A stretch of DNA of 59,720 bases from a virus. Taxonomy: Duplodnaviria; Caudoviricetes. Shown here one piece after another: positions 48,823-57,568 of this stretch; position 1 is the first letter of the stretch, and each line of letters begins with the position of its first letter. The notes under the pieces were generated by a model. The model was not told the origin of the DNA, searched no databases, and saw nothing but the letters and a program-made list of their open reading frames with translations. Location of the stretch: the IMG/VR virus record IMGVR_UViG_3300020234_000033, positions 1 to 59,720 of that record, one strand, 5' to 3'. Both the position numbers and the translations under genes were made by a program.

Positions 48823-49149
48823 ATGCGACCCCCACTTTTTTGGCCTATAACTCCTCTGACTGAAAGGCAGAGTAGAAAATTTGATCACGCATTCAATAAC
48901 GCGATTGATCAAGCCGGTAGTATCGGCAAACTGGCACCCAGGCTATCAGCTCACAGCGGCGAATACATCAGCCATCAGGCTATGCGTAACTGGCTGGTTG
49001 ACCGCAAGATCCCATTTCAATGGGCCCTCGTGATGGAGGACTACACTGAGGGTACTTCTAATTTCTTCGATCTGATACCGTGGCTGCTACCGCGAACGGT
49101 GCAGTGGCACGACAGACTCATGACCGAGCAACAAAGGGAGTCGGCTTGA
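48823..49149 (+). CDS. Cro/YdaS-like HTH regulator
   Basis: AIDQAGSIGKLA..L...ISHQAMRNW...IP..WA..ME pattern; divergent from the leftward operon. Confidence 0.7.
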   Translation: MRPPLFWPITPLTERQSRKFDHAFNNAIDQAGSIGKLAPRLSAHSGEYISHQAMRNWLVDRKIPFQWALVMEDYTEGTSNFFDLIPWLLPRTVQWHDRLMTEQQRESA

Positions 49150-49260
49150 CGCCACTCGCTAAAAAATTATTATGGGTGCTGACCGCAGTCGCTATACTGT
49201 TCGTCGCTCTCGAAATCACCGCTGATTTTCAGCTTATTTTAAACACATAGGAGATACACC

Positions 49261-49722
49261 ATGCTCGGAATGATTGCCATCATTGTCCAGAACAATGAAC
49301 TTAAAAATACCTGCCAGATAGTGAAGGAAATAAAACCGGGTGAGAAGTACCTCGTTAAATTCCTGAACGCTCCCACCTTCAGTCGCGTGTGCACCACTGA
49401 AGAGATCCAGCAGTGGCTGCTGTTTCAAACTCAGGACGAAGCCAATGCTTGGGTGAAGAATTCCCGGACGCCAGCGCCCGAGTCGAGACCACCAGCACCC
49501 CCGGCAGCTGCAGGGGGAAACGGAGTAGGGGAAGACACCCCACCAAAAAGTCCAGATCCAAACGCCGGAAAAGGAGATGAAACAGAAAAGCCTGAGCCAC
49601 TTGCTGCTGTCACCCCGGGTGCGCCCGTGACCAAAGAGGCTATGGAGAGAGCACTGGAGCCTGACCATCCCGGTGGCCAGGATCCTGAGCCTGAAGATGA
49701 CAAGCACGGTAGACAATCATGA
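49261..49722 (+). CDS. Hypothetical protein
   Basis: AGGAG SD; Pro-rich tail. Confidence 0.65.
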   Translation: MLGMIAIIVQNNELKNTCQIVKEIKPGEKYLVKFLNAPTFSRVCTTEEIQQWLLFQTQDEANAWVKNSRTPAPESRPPAPPAAAGGNGVGEDTPPKSPDPNAGKGDETEKPEPLAAVTPGAPVTKEAMERALEPDHPGGQDPEPEDDKHGRQS

Positions 49723-49997
49723 TGCGTCGGCAGGGTCCACAGTGGGTCAGCATCACTGCAGAAAACCAGCCGTTCGGTGCCACGCTCAACACGGACCACA
49801 TCACCAATATCCGATGGCAACCCCAGCTCAAGCCCACCAAACCCGGTGAGCCAATGCAGGCGGTCGAGGGGATGTTCGAGGTCATCATCGCACTGGTAGA
49901 TGGTGCACATACGCTCATCTTCGACAGCCAACAGAAGGCAATGGATGAGTATTTTCGTCTGCACAATGAAATCAGGGGAGTGCTGCAGGATGACTAA
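49719..49997 (+). CDS. Hypothetical protein
   Basis: ATGA coupling. Confidence 0.6.
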   Translation: MMRRQGPQWVSITAENQPFGATLNTDHITNIRWQPQLKPTKPGEPMQAVEGMFEVIIALVDGAHTLIFDSQQKAMDEYFRLHNEIRGVLQDD

Positions 49998-50358
49998 CTT
50001 CGTCAATTTTAAACTCAATGTGGACGGGGGTTCCATGCGCACGTTCCTCGTGAACGTGTCGCACATTGTGCACCTGAGCCTGTACCCGCTGCCCGGGGAG
50101 TACGCTGCCATCGACCGCAAGACGGGTGAGCAAAAAGCTGTGAGCGCTGTCAGGCTGGTCCTGACGATGAACCAGTCCACGCTGCTTGATGAACTTGTTG
50201 ATACGGATCTGTCCGATGATATCTACCGGAAGCTGGATATCCTCATATCGTCTGACGATGGAAACCTACTTGTGGGATGCCTGCTGAAACATAACGATAT
50301 GTTAAAAGATGAGGCGTTCAGAGAGCTACCAGTACTTAATGAATTGAATCAGGGGTAG
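49990..50358 (+). CDS. Hypothetical protein
   Basis: Start at MTNFVNF overlaps the upstream stop; GGAG upstream. Confidence 0.55.
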   Translation: MTNFVNFKLNVDGGSMRTFLVNVSHIVHLSLYPLPGEYAAIDRKTGEQKAVSAVRLVLTMNQSTLLDELVDTDLSDDIYRKLDILISSDDGNLLVGCLLKHNDMLKDEAFRELPVLNELNQG

Positions 50359-50361
50359 GCA

Positions 50362-53040
50362 ATGCGAAAGCTTCGGATTTCACGAGGCAAGCATCGCTTA
50401 AACCCTGCATTACGCAACGGAGAAACGGACTGGCCCACGCTGGCCAGTAAGCTGCTTGACTTCAAGGTGACCGGCGAGACCTATGCCGAGTACATCGCTA
50501 TGCCTGCCGACCAGCAGGCTGACATTAAAGACGTGGGTTACATGATCGGCGGTCCGTTCGAGGGTAATGCCCGTAAAAAGGATGAGCTGATCTGCCGCTC
50601 GGTGGTGACACTCGACGTCGATCACTGTAAAAATATGGATGACGTACAAGCCCTGCGCGATGCCTACGAAGGCTTCGAGTACGTCATGCACTCGACGCAC
50701 AAACACAGCAACGACAACCCCAGGTTACGACTGGCATTCCCGCTGAGTCGTGATGTCTCGCCGTTCGAGTACGAGGCGGTCGCGCGTAACATCGCCGACC
50801 ACGCCGACATCGAGTTGTTCGACGACACCACGTTTCAGGTTAGCCGGATTATGTACTGGCCCAGCCGCAGCAGTGATCTGGATAACGGATTCATTGCTGA
50901 GCGTGGCAAAGGTGAATGGATGAACCCGGATGACTGGGATCCGAGTGCTGACTTCCTCGACTGGCCACGGTCAACCAGGGACACCCGCACGCATGAACCC
51001 ACTACCGAGTCTGCGGATCCACTGACCCGGCCTGGGATGATCGGCGCCTTCAATCGCACCTACGACATCCACGCTGCCATCGGGACATTTCTGCCGCACG
51101 TATTCGACTCCACTGAGTGGGACAATCGATACAACCCGGTTGGCGCCACCGGTGCCCCGGGTGCCATCGTCTACGATGATGTCTTCATGTACAGCTGGCA
51201 CGAGAACCCGGCCGGGATCATGCAAAAGAATGTCAATGCGTACGATCTGGTACGCCTGTGCCTGTATGGTGAGGACGACGACGACGACACCCCGGTGATG
51301 CAGCGCGCGAGCATGAAGGAGATGAACAAGCTAGCTGCGTCGCTGCCCTCGGTACTGGCCAATCTCGATGAGCTGAACTTCGATGATGAGGGCGAAGAAT
51401 CGCATATAGACCCACCCAAGGGTCCGACCGCTGACGAGTTTTTGATCGACCTGGGGGACTGGGCACCGAAGACTATGGCTGAGTGTGATAGTAGGATGCA
51501 CCTGATTGCGATGTACGAGCCGCACGAGACCGAGGTCATGTTGCAGGTGATGAAAAGTAAGTACTCATCCGCGACCGGCGAGAAGATGGGGATCGTGGCA
51601 CTGCGTGAAAGCCTCAAGCGGATTCGCAAGTCACTGGTCGGCGTCATCGATGAGGATGTCGCTGACATCGAGCTTGAGCTGATACAGGAATTCCTCGATG
51701 AACACTACGCTGGCGGTGCGCACATCCGCCGGGTCGGTAAGGTCTTCTGGGTCTACTACCACGGCGTGTGGGGCATGATGGACGATGAGTACGTGCGTGG
51801 CGAACTGAGCAACACCATCAAACGGATCCGCGAGGACCGGCCCGAAGAGATCGCGCAACTGGTGGCCTCGGTTGCTGACAACAAGACCAGCACAATGACG
51901 TCGGCATTGTTTGGGCTGGTCACTGTGCAACTGGCTGCGGCGTCTGAACTGGGTAGTGATCCACTGATGCTGATGCGCCGGATCCCTGAGCCCGTCGTCA
52001 ACTGTTTGAACTGCGAGCTGCACCTCGACTACAACGGCAACATGAAGGTGCGCGATCACAACCCGAATCACTTCTATACGCTGCAGGTCGGCTGCGACTA
52101 TGACCCGGATGCCGAGTGCCCGGAGTGGGACCGGTTCATGGAGATGGTGTTCCGTGACTGCATCGATCCTGAGGATATGGTGCGCCACATCGAGGAGCTG
52201 GGCGGCTACATTATTAACATGTCGCGATGGCTCAAGAGCTGGGTGCTATTCCACGGCCCGACCGATACCGGTAAGTCAACGCTGCTCGATGTGTTCAAGG
52301 AGTTACTGGGTGGCAGTTGTCAAGCGATGGAGCTGGGCCGGTTCGGTGTGGGTAACACCTTCGCGGATTCGATGCTGCTCGGGAAGCTGTTACTCGCCGA
52401 TGATGACTTCGACAAGTCAGCGTCATTGCCGGATGGCTTCATCAAGAAGATCTCCGAAGAGAAGCGTATCACCAGTGATATTAAATTTGGAGCACCGATC
52501 ACGTTCCAGGCCCGGTGCCTGCCGCTGGTCTGTGCCAACCACTGGCCCGTGACCAGAGACGTCTCGGATGCATTCCGTGAGCGCGCGATGGTGTTTGAAT
52601 TTCTGCACCGTATACAAGGTGCTGAGAAATCTGACCGGCGTCGGGATCTGATGATGCTCGAACTGCCCGGGATTTTGAATCGATTCATCGCTGGCCTTGT
52701 ACGTCTGCGTACTCGGAGTGAATGGCTGATACCCATCGATGCTGCGATCAGTCACGAGACCTGGGAGGGCAACTCGAATAGTGCAACTCGTTTCGTGCGT
52801 GATCGTATGATCGAGGCACCGGGTGTGAAGACAGCGACGACATTGTTATGGAATGATTACCTGCACTGGGTGCGTGAAGAGGGTGGCTTCAGATTAACTA
52901 AGCCCAATTTCTATGAACGTCTCGATCAGGTCATTGGATCCCGCCGAACTACCAAAGGCACGCAGTATTTTAAGCACTGGGAACTGCTGCCACCGGATGG
53001 CCTGACCCATTTACCAGATTCCGACATCGACGACGATTGA
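50362..53040 (+). CDS. Primase-helicase (AEP-like primase plus P4/D5-type SF3 helicase)
   Basis: LDVD, HSTHKH and PRLRL..PL (primase); NCLNCEL (D5_N-like); HGPTDTGKST (Walker A); CAN.WP...D.SDAF.ER. Confidence 0.9.
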   Translation: MRKLRISRGKHRLNPALRNGETDWPTLASKLLDFKVTGETYAEYIAMPADQQADIKDVGYMIGGPFEGNARKKDELICRSVVTLDVDHCKNMDDVQALRDAYEGFEYVMHSTHKHSNDNPRLRLAFPLSRDVSPFEYEAVARNIADHADIELFDDTTFQVSRIMYWPSRSSDLDNGFIAERGKGEWMNPDDWDPSADFLDWPRSTRDTRTHEPTTESADPLTRPGMIGAFNRTYDIHAAIGTFLPHVFDSTEWDNRYNPVGATGAPGAIVYDDVFMYSWHENPAGIMQKNVNAYDLVRLCLYGEDDDDDTPVMQRASMKEMNKLAASLPSVLANLDELNFDDEGEESHIDPPKGPTADEFLIDLGDWAPKTMAECDSRMHLIAMYEPHETEVMLQVMKSKYSSATGEKMGIVALRESLKRIRKSLVGVIDEDVADIELELIQEFLDEHYAGGAHIRRVGKVFWVYYHGVWGMMDDEYVRGELSNTIKRIREDRPEEIAQLVASVADNKTSTMTSALFGLVTVQLAAASELGSDPLMLMRRIPEPVVNCLNCELHLDYNGNMKVRDHNPNHFYTLQVGCDYDPDAECPEWDRFMEMVFRDCIDPEDMVRHIEELGGYIINMSRWLKSWVLFHGPTDTGKSTLLDVFKELLGGSCQAMELGRFGVGNTFADSMLLGKLLLADDDFDKSASLPDGFIKKISEEKRITSDIKFGAPITFQARCLPLVCANHWPVTRDVSDAFRERAMVFEFLHRIQGAEKSDRRRDLMMLELPGILNRFIAGLVRLRTRSEWLIPIDAAISHETWEGNSNSATRFVRDRMIEAPGVKTATTLLWNDYLHWVREEGGFRLTKPNFYERLDQVIGSRRTTKGTQYFKHWELLPPDGLTHLPDSDIDDD

Positions 53041-53059
53041 GGATCCGGGTGTAAGACGA

Positions 53060-53264
53060 GGGGGTGGAAAAGGTGGAACACAAAATCACGTGTGTTCAAT
53101 ATTGCATGAGATTGCGTGGCTGTGTAGGGGTAAACTGAGTTAGGGTGGAAAAGGTGGAATGTTTTCTTACCCTAATGTATATGAGATATTATTGTGTTTT
53201 TAGAAAAAGAATAATAATTGGTCTTATAGGTATATAGAGAAATTGTTCCACCTTTTCCACCCCC
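53060..53264. promoter_or_regulatory. Putative replication origin (iterons flanking an AT-rich core)
   Basis: GGGTGGAAAAGGTGGAA at 53062 and 53143; perfect 21-bp inverted copy at 53244-53264; AT-rich stretch 53160-53243. Confidence 0.65.
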
Positions 53265-53266
53265 AC

Positions 53267-53293
53267 AAAAAAGCCCCGACCGGAGCCGGGGCT
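53267..53293 (-). terminator. Rho-independent terminator of the leftward early operon
   Basis: Minus strand: AGCCCCGGC-TCCG-GTCGGGGCT followed by TTTTT. Confidence 0.85.
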
Positions 53294-53329
53294 GATTCAT
53301 CGGCGGGTCACGCCAGAGTGTGAACGTCT

Positions 53330-53620
53330 TTAGCAGACGTCTACATCCACACCATCCTCCTTGGTGATGCGGCCATTCCATCCGAATGACGCGAACCTTG
53401 TGACGCAGTTAGCGGCCACCGAATAGTTGTCATGCAGGTTCACACGGACCGTGCGAGGCACCTTGAGGTAATCGAGTTCTTCATCATTGCTCGCACCTAC
53501 TCGTGGGCGTTCCATGCTGGACACGTCTTCGACGTTGACCGGGCAGCACTGTGAGTACCGCAACATGTCGAGAGGGAAATCTCCCTTACCGGTTACTGTG
53601 ATTTCGTAATGTGATTTCAT
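53330..53620 (-). CDS. Hypothetical protein
   Basis: V.G.G.FPLDMLRY..C.P...RF.SFGW motif; AGGAG SD. Confidence 0.7.
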   Translation of the reverse strand: MKSHYEITVTGKGDFPLDMLRYSQCCPVNVEDVSSMERPRVGASNDEELDYLKVPRTVRVNLHDNYSVAANCVTRFASFGWNGRITKEDGVDVDVC

Positions 53621-54183
53621 GCGTAATCTCCTGCGTTAACTTCAGTGAATGTATAGCCAAAATCGGCCAGTTTCTTTTCGACCAAGATCCGGGTCTGGTC
53701 CAGCGACTTATTCCAGTACGCATTGGTGCGTGTAGATCCAGTCAGTCGTGTGGCCAGAGTCAGGCGGAACTCAGAGGCGATGCCACGTCCTGATTTCTTT
53801 ACCGGGTACACTGGCACGTCGGTCTTGTATTCCGGATCCAGCGAGGCGTTGAGATCCCGGGTGCGAAGCCCGATGTAGAAGTCTGCAGCAGCCTGGGCCT
53901 GTTGCGCCATGGAGACGCCGTCCCCCAGGTTGCGACGCCCGGTGAAAGATCCCCAGTTCATGTCCTTGCGTGTGGGCCTCATCGTGCGCTTCTTGTCGCG
54001 GCGTACGATACGGAAGGTCAAGAGCTTAGGGTCAGCCAGCAGGGTATCGCCCTTGCCGTCGTGCAGTGCACGGATGCACTCGTTGTGCTGGTCCCGGGAT
54101 CCATCGGAGTAGGCGTAGGTACGGATGTACTCTTTGCCGTTCCAGATCTCAAGACGGTAGTCATTGTGATTAGATTCACTCAT
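53617..54183 (-). CDS. Hypothetical early protein
   Basis: GGAG SD; coupled to its neighbours. Confidence 0.65.
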   Translation of the reverse strand: MSESNHNDYRLEIWNGKEYIRTYAYSDGSRDQHNECIRALHDGKGDTLLADPKLLTFRIVRRDKKRTMRPTRKDMNWGSFTGRRNLGDGVSMAQQAQAAADFYIGLRTRDLNASLDPEYKTDVPVYPVKKSGRGIASEFRLTLATRLTGSTRTNAYWNKSLDQTRILVEKKLADFGYTFTEVNAGDYA

Positions 54184-54185
54184 AA

Positions 54186-54620
54186 TTATTTCTCCATTGC
54201 GTTGAGGATATCGATGGCGTCGCGGATATGACCACGGGCGTCATCGAGTTCAGGTGCTGCATCTTCAGGTACCACCATACCGTCGTGCCAGTCTACGATC
54301 TCCAGACCCATGGCTTCTTCAGCGTCGCCCTGCGCGTCTTGGATCAACTCGCAGGCTATGGACTCCAGTGCCTCCAGTTCAGCCAGTAGCTGCTGTTCCC
54401 GGGTCGGCGTGACCATGGGCTGTTCACGTGTCACGATTCCAACTTTAGCCATGGCATCGACGACGTGCGCCAGTGTCGAGCCCTCTTCATCACGTCCGGC
54501 GATGATGGTGCCGGAGTTGTCGAGGGTGCGACCGATGGCGCTGTAGTTGGTGGGCAGGTACGGCGCGACTGCTCGCGACGCACGCCCATCTTCAGCGATT
54601 GCTATTCTGATGGGTTTCAT
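54186..54620 (-). CDS. Hypothetical early protein
   Basis: TAATG coupling; YLP.NY...IAGRD..G.TL motif. Confidence 0.65.
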   Translation of the reverse strand: MKPIRIAIAEDGRASRAVAPYLPTNYSAIGRTLDNSGTIIAGRDEEGSTLAHVVDAMAKVGIVTREQPMVTPTREQQLLAELEALESIACELIQDAQGDAEEAMGLEIVDWHDGMVVPEDAAPELDDARGHIRDAIDILNAMEK

Positions 54621-54898
54621 TATTTATCTCCGAATTGTTCAACGGCATCGCGATGTTCAAACTTGAATATACGCACTCGTCTGACGGTGTCGTAAGGTAC
54701 GACTACGGCGCCACCTTGGTGGACCATTATCTTCACCCATACACCGTTCTTCTGGTCTTCAGTTGGCTGGATGCTTTGGCAGTTGAACCAGTCAGCGGTG
54801 ATGCTGTCGCGGTCTTCGAACCCATAGATCCGGCCCTTGTGGCCGTGGTTGTTTGACACGACGTAATCGCCTATTTTGTAGATTCTAAATGTACTCAT
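54620..54898 (-). CDS. Hypothetical SH3/HspQ-like small protein
   Basis: YKIGDYV...HGHKGRIY...W pattern; AAGGAG SD downstream of a ribozyme. Confidence 0.6.
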   Translation of the reverse strand: MSTFRIYKIGDYVVSNNHGHKGRIYGFEDRDSITADWFNCQSIQPTEDQKNGVWVKIMVHQGGAVVVPYDTVRRVRIFKFEHRDAVEQFGDK

Positions 54899-54918
54899 TT
54901 TCAATCTCCTTGCGTTGT

Positions 54919-54990
54919 AGATCCTGTCTCATCAGTGCCGGTAGGATCTGGATCCGGCAGACGCACCCAGTCACCCGGGTGCGTTTCGAC
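54919..54990 (-). ncRNA. Type II hammerhead ribozyme with pseudoknot (HHR1)
   Basis: GUC GAAA C GCACCC-GGGUGACU-GGGUGC GUC/ UGCCGG-AUCCAGAUCCUA-CCGGCA CUGAUGA GAC AGGAUCU; predicted cut 54960|54959. Confidence 0.92.
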
Positions 54991-55242
54991 TCAGCCTGCC
55001 AGTGCCCTCCTTGCGGATTTGGTGATGCCGAAACTCAGGCCACATTTCCTGAGCTTTTTCCGTGCACGTTTCACCGGGTATTCGACCACGTCGAATCGAG
55101 CGGTCGATAATTCGACCTTCTCGATTCTCATGCCTGAGCTATCCGGCCAGATCACTGACAGCCACTTGGGCCCGACAGTGACGACCAGTCCGGTGCGGAT
55201 GCCATCGTCAAGATGGATCCGGATGACGGTGTCCTTATCCAC
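54991..55242 (-). CDS. Hypothetical early protein
   Basis: Stop directly abuts HHR1. Confidence 0.6.
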   Translation of the reverse strand: MDKDTVIRIHLDDGIRTGLVVTVGPKWLSVIWPDSSGMRIEKVELSTARFDVVEYPVKRARKKLRKCGLSFGITKSARRALAG

Positions 55243-55705
55243 GTTTCACCAACCATGCTTGGACGTTGGCAATTGCGGCCCGGGTGACGTCGGACATGTT
55301 GGCCCGTTCAGCCTGATCACTTTCGTAAAAGCAATCGAGGTTGGCTTCGCCGTGTTCCGCGAAGTCCGCCCACATGTCAGCACGATGCCCAGCCATTTCG
55401 ATGACGTATGACAGATCGGTCGCGAGCGTCGGGTCATCTTCCTTGACCCGGTCGAGGGAGCGCTGGCGATTCTGCTGTTTGCCGATCACGTACTTGGCCC
55501 GGTTCATCAGTTGACGAGCAGCATTGATCTGGGGAACCCAGCCCGGATTGTCAGGCTGGTCCAGTAGTTCCTGAGCGTCGCTGAGCATGCCCATCGATAA
55601 CATGGATAGGTTATCCACCTGTCGATTGATCAAGCTCATCAGGGAGCACTCAGACATGCCCATGGCCTGTTTGAACCACGCTTCCTTTTCTTCGACGGTT
55701 CTCAC
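55235..55705 (-). CDS. Hypothetical early protein
   Basis: GTGA coupling; GAGG SD. Confidence 0.6.
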   Translation of the reverse strand: MRTVEEKEAWFKQAMGMSECSLMSLINRQVDNLSMLSMGMLSDAQELLDQPDNPGWVPQINAARQLMNRAKYVIGKQQNRQRSLDRVKEDDPTLATDLSYVIEMAGHRADMWADFAEHGEANLDCFYESDQAERANMSDVTRAAIANVQAWLVKRG

Positions 55706-55998
55706 GCTGCCACCTCACCAGTGCGAGCGGTCACACGTATGCTGGTCACGACACTGTGACTGGTGTGAGCGGAGACCAGTTGACGACTGGGCTTGAGTAC
55801 GGCGCTGATGGCCTTCCAGTCTATGTTGGTCCGGTTGGCATCGACCACGTTGGCCCGGAACAGATCGCCCTCAGCCACGGTGACGTCTGCCGCCAGCAGG
55901 TCTGCCTTGAGGTCAGCCTCATCTATTTTGAGGATGGCCATCTCGGCACGGATCTGGCCTAAATCATCGACCAGTTGTTTCAGTTTCTTCGCGTTCAT
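55702..55998 (-). CDS. Hypothetical early protein (coiled coil plus beta region)
   Basis: MNAKKLKQLVDDLG.I.A...; AAGGAG SD. The upstream extension in the ORF track runs through the ribozyme and is unlikely to be coding. Confidence 0.7.
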   Translation of the reverse strand: MNAKKLKQLVDDLGQIRAEMAILKIDEADLKADLLAADVTVAEGDLFRANVVDANRTNIDWKAISAVLKPSRQLVSAHTSHSVVTSIRVTARTGEVAA

Positions 55999-56020
55999 TT
56001 GCGTTAACTCCTTGCGTTGT

Positions 56021-56085
56021 AGATCCTGTCTCATCAGTGCCGGTAGGATCTGGATCCGGCAGACCGGGCATCGCCCGGTTTCGAC
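56021..56085 (-). ncRNA. Type II hammerhead ribozyme with pseudoknot (HHR2)
   Basis: GUC GAAA C CGGGC-GAU-GCCCG GUC/ UGCCGG-AUCCAGAUCCUA-CCGGCA CUGAUGA GAC AGGAUCU; predicted cut 56062|56061. Confidence 0.92.
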
Positions 56086-56086
56086 T

Positions 56087-56296
56087 TTAGCTTTCGTTGC
56101 GAACCCAGATGTTGATGTCGTGAACTTTGGATCCATCTGTCAGGGTCTCTTCGACCAGTTCGATGCCGAGGCCGTCGATGTCTTTGCCGTCGATCTTGAG
56201 GTAGTTGACGCCGCTGGTCTTGAACTGGTTCAGAGCCTTGATCAGGTCTTCGACGGTGTTACCAATATGATCTTGGATCAGTGATTGTTTACTCAT
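56087..56296 (-). CDS. Hypothetical early protein (69 aa) flanked by two ribozymes
   Basis: AAGGAG SD; EETLTDGSKV..I motif. Confidence 0.7.
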   Translation of the reverse strand: MSKQSLIQDHIGNTVEDLIKALNQFKTSGVNYLKIDGKDIDGLGIELVEETLTDGSKVHDINIWVRNES

Positions 56297-56317
56297 GTTT
56301 CTAATCTCCTTGCGTTT

Positions 56318-56383
56318 GATCCTGTCTTCATCAGACCGGGTAGGATCGGATTCCCGATGACCGGGCTTGCGCCCGGTTTCGAC
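56318..56383 (-). ncRNA. Type II hammerhead ribozyme, core-insertion variant (HHR3)
   Basis: GUC GAAA C CGGGC-GCAA-GCCCG GUC/ AUCGGG-AAUCCGAUCCUA-CCCGGU CUGAUGA A GAC AGGAUC; predicted cut 56359|56358. Confidence 0.88.
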
Positions 56384-56384
56384 T

Positions 56385-57365
56385 CTATGCGCAGGCCCTC
56401 CGATCTGCTGCGTTGCCGCCGTTGGCTTTCAATTCGTCGGCACGTCGCAGGCACCAGTCCCGGTCAGCGATGAATGTGCCTGTCTCGCGATCCACGATGC
56501 CGTTCTCCCGGGCCCAGTGGTTCCAAGCAAAGGATCTACCCAGTCCGACAGTGATGCCCGTGGTGGGCCACTGAGTGGCTGGCTTGGCTACGAACTCTTC
56601 CCAGTCCTTGCCGTAGGTGCAGTCGTCTGAACCCCAGCGGCTGTGCTTGCCCACCATCGCGGCGTGCTCCATGGCGAGGGATTTCATGAACAGATCCGGG
56701 TGCGCCCCGGCCAGCCAAAACAGTTCCCATTTCTGGGAGGCTGGGCAGAAGAAGCAGGCCGACTTGATTGGCACGGGCAGGCCCTCTTCGACGATGCGCT
56801 TGATGCAGTCTTCGCGCTCCCAGTTCAGATCCTGAAGTGGGTACGAGTACAGGAAGTCGTCGTCTTCGCGCTTCACCTTTTTGGCTCTGCGGATGTCCGC
56901 TTTGCCGCTGTCGTAGCCGATCAGTTTCACCAGCTTGCGACCCTGGCCCAGAGCATTGGTCCACAGTGGATGTGGGTCGCAGGCATTGGGTCCAGACTTG
57001 CAACCCTTGACCACGTAATCCTGCGGTACCTGTTTCCATTTGATCGAGCAGGACTTCATGCCGAAGGCCAGACTGGGCAGTGTCTCATTGTGTGAGCAGT
57101 TGCCACCGAGCGAGCCGTAAGGCGTGGTGTCGAGCGTGATCTTTTTACACCATGTGACCGTGGGGAAACCTTGGCGCAGTAGCCAGTCATCCATCAGGCG
57201 GACGGTGTCGTAGGTCTCTGGCTTTTCAGCGCCGGTGTCAGCGAACGTGATCAGGTCCGGGCGGATCCCGGCATCACGCAGCGCGATCAGCATCGCAGTG
57301 CTATCGACACCGCCGCCGTAGCAGACTACAACTCCGGCGTTCTCAGGTAGTTGGATCTGGCTCAT
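56385..57365 (-). CDS. PAPS-reductase-like / adenine nucleotide alpha-hydrolase (PP-loop) protein
   Basis: YGGGVDS PP-loop, FADTGAE.PETY, CSIKWK, YPL...W.REDC, and KSACFFCP Fe-S motif. Confidence 0.85.
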   Translation of the reverse strand: MSQIQLPENAGVVVCYGGGVDSTAMLIALRDAGIRPDLITFADTGAEKPETYDTVRLMDDWLLRQGFPTVTWCKKITLDTTPYGSLGGNCSHNETLPSLAFGMKSCSIKWKQVPQDYVVKGCKSGPNACDPHPLWTNALGQGRKLVKLIGYDSGKADIRRAKKVKREDDDFLYSYPLQDLNWEREDCIKRIVEEGLPVPIKSACFFCPASQKWELFWLAGAHPDLFMKSLAMEHAAMVGKHSRWGSDDCTYGKDWEEFVAKPATQWPTTGITVGLGRSFAWNHWARENGIVDRETGTFIADRDWCLRRADELKANGGNAADRRACA

Positions 57366-57484
57366 GATTTCGCCTCGTGGTTCTGGGCCTGCTTGGCAGC
57401 GTACTTGCTGACTGGCTTTTGCTGGCAGTACTTGAACTTGCGAGCGTTGGCTTCGGCTGTTCTATTTCGTTTGCTATCTTTCAT
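57362..57484 (-). CDS. Small basic protein (40 aa), not in the ORF track
   Basis: MKDSKRNRTAEANARKFKYCQQKPVSKYAAKQAQNHEAKS; AAGGAG SD after HHR4; ATGA coupling to the next gene. Confidence 0.6.
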   Translation of the reverse strand: MKDSKRNRTAEANARKFKYCQQKPVSKYAAKQAQNHEAKS

Positions 57485-57504
57485 GCGTTTAACTCCTTGC
57501 GTTT

Positions 57505-57568
57505 GATCCTGTCTCATCAGTGCCGGTAGGATCGAATCCGGCAGACCCGGGCAAGCCCGGGTTTCGAC
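57505..57568 (-). ncRNA. Type II hammerhead ribozyme with pseudoknot (HHR4)
   Basis: GUC GAAA C CCGGG-CUUG-CCCGG GUC/ UGCCGG-AUUCGAUCCUA-CCGGCA CUGAUGA GAC AGGAUC; predicted cut 57544|57543. The first G is shared with the upstream UAG stop. Confidence 0.92.

Noticed and set aside
5173-50361. TAG stop-codon reassignment (several TAGs are in frame with the next ATG)
   Set aside because: Only about half of the TAG junctions are in frame, long genes are not fragmented, and the two fibres end at the same NTPV residue with TAA and TAG respectively.
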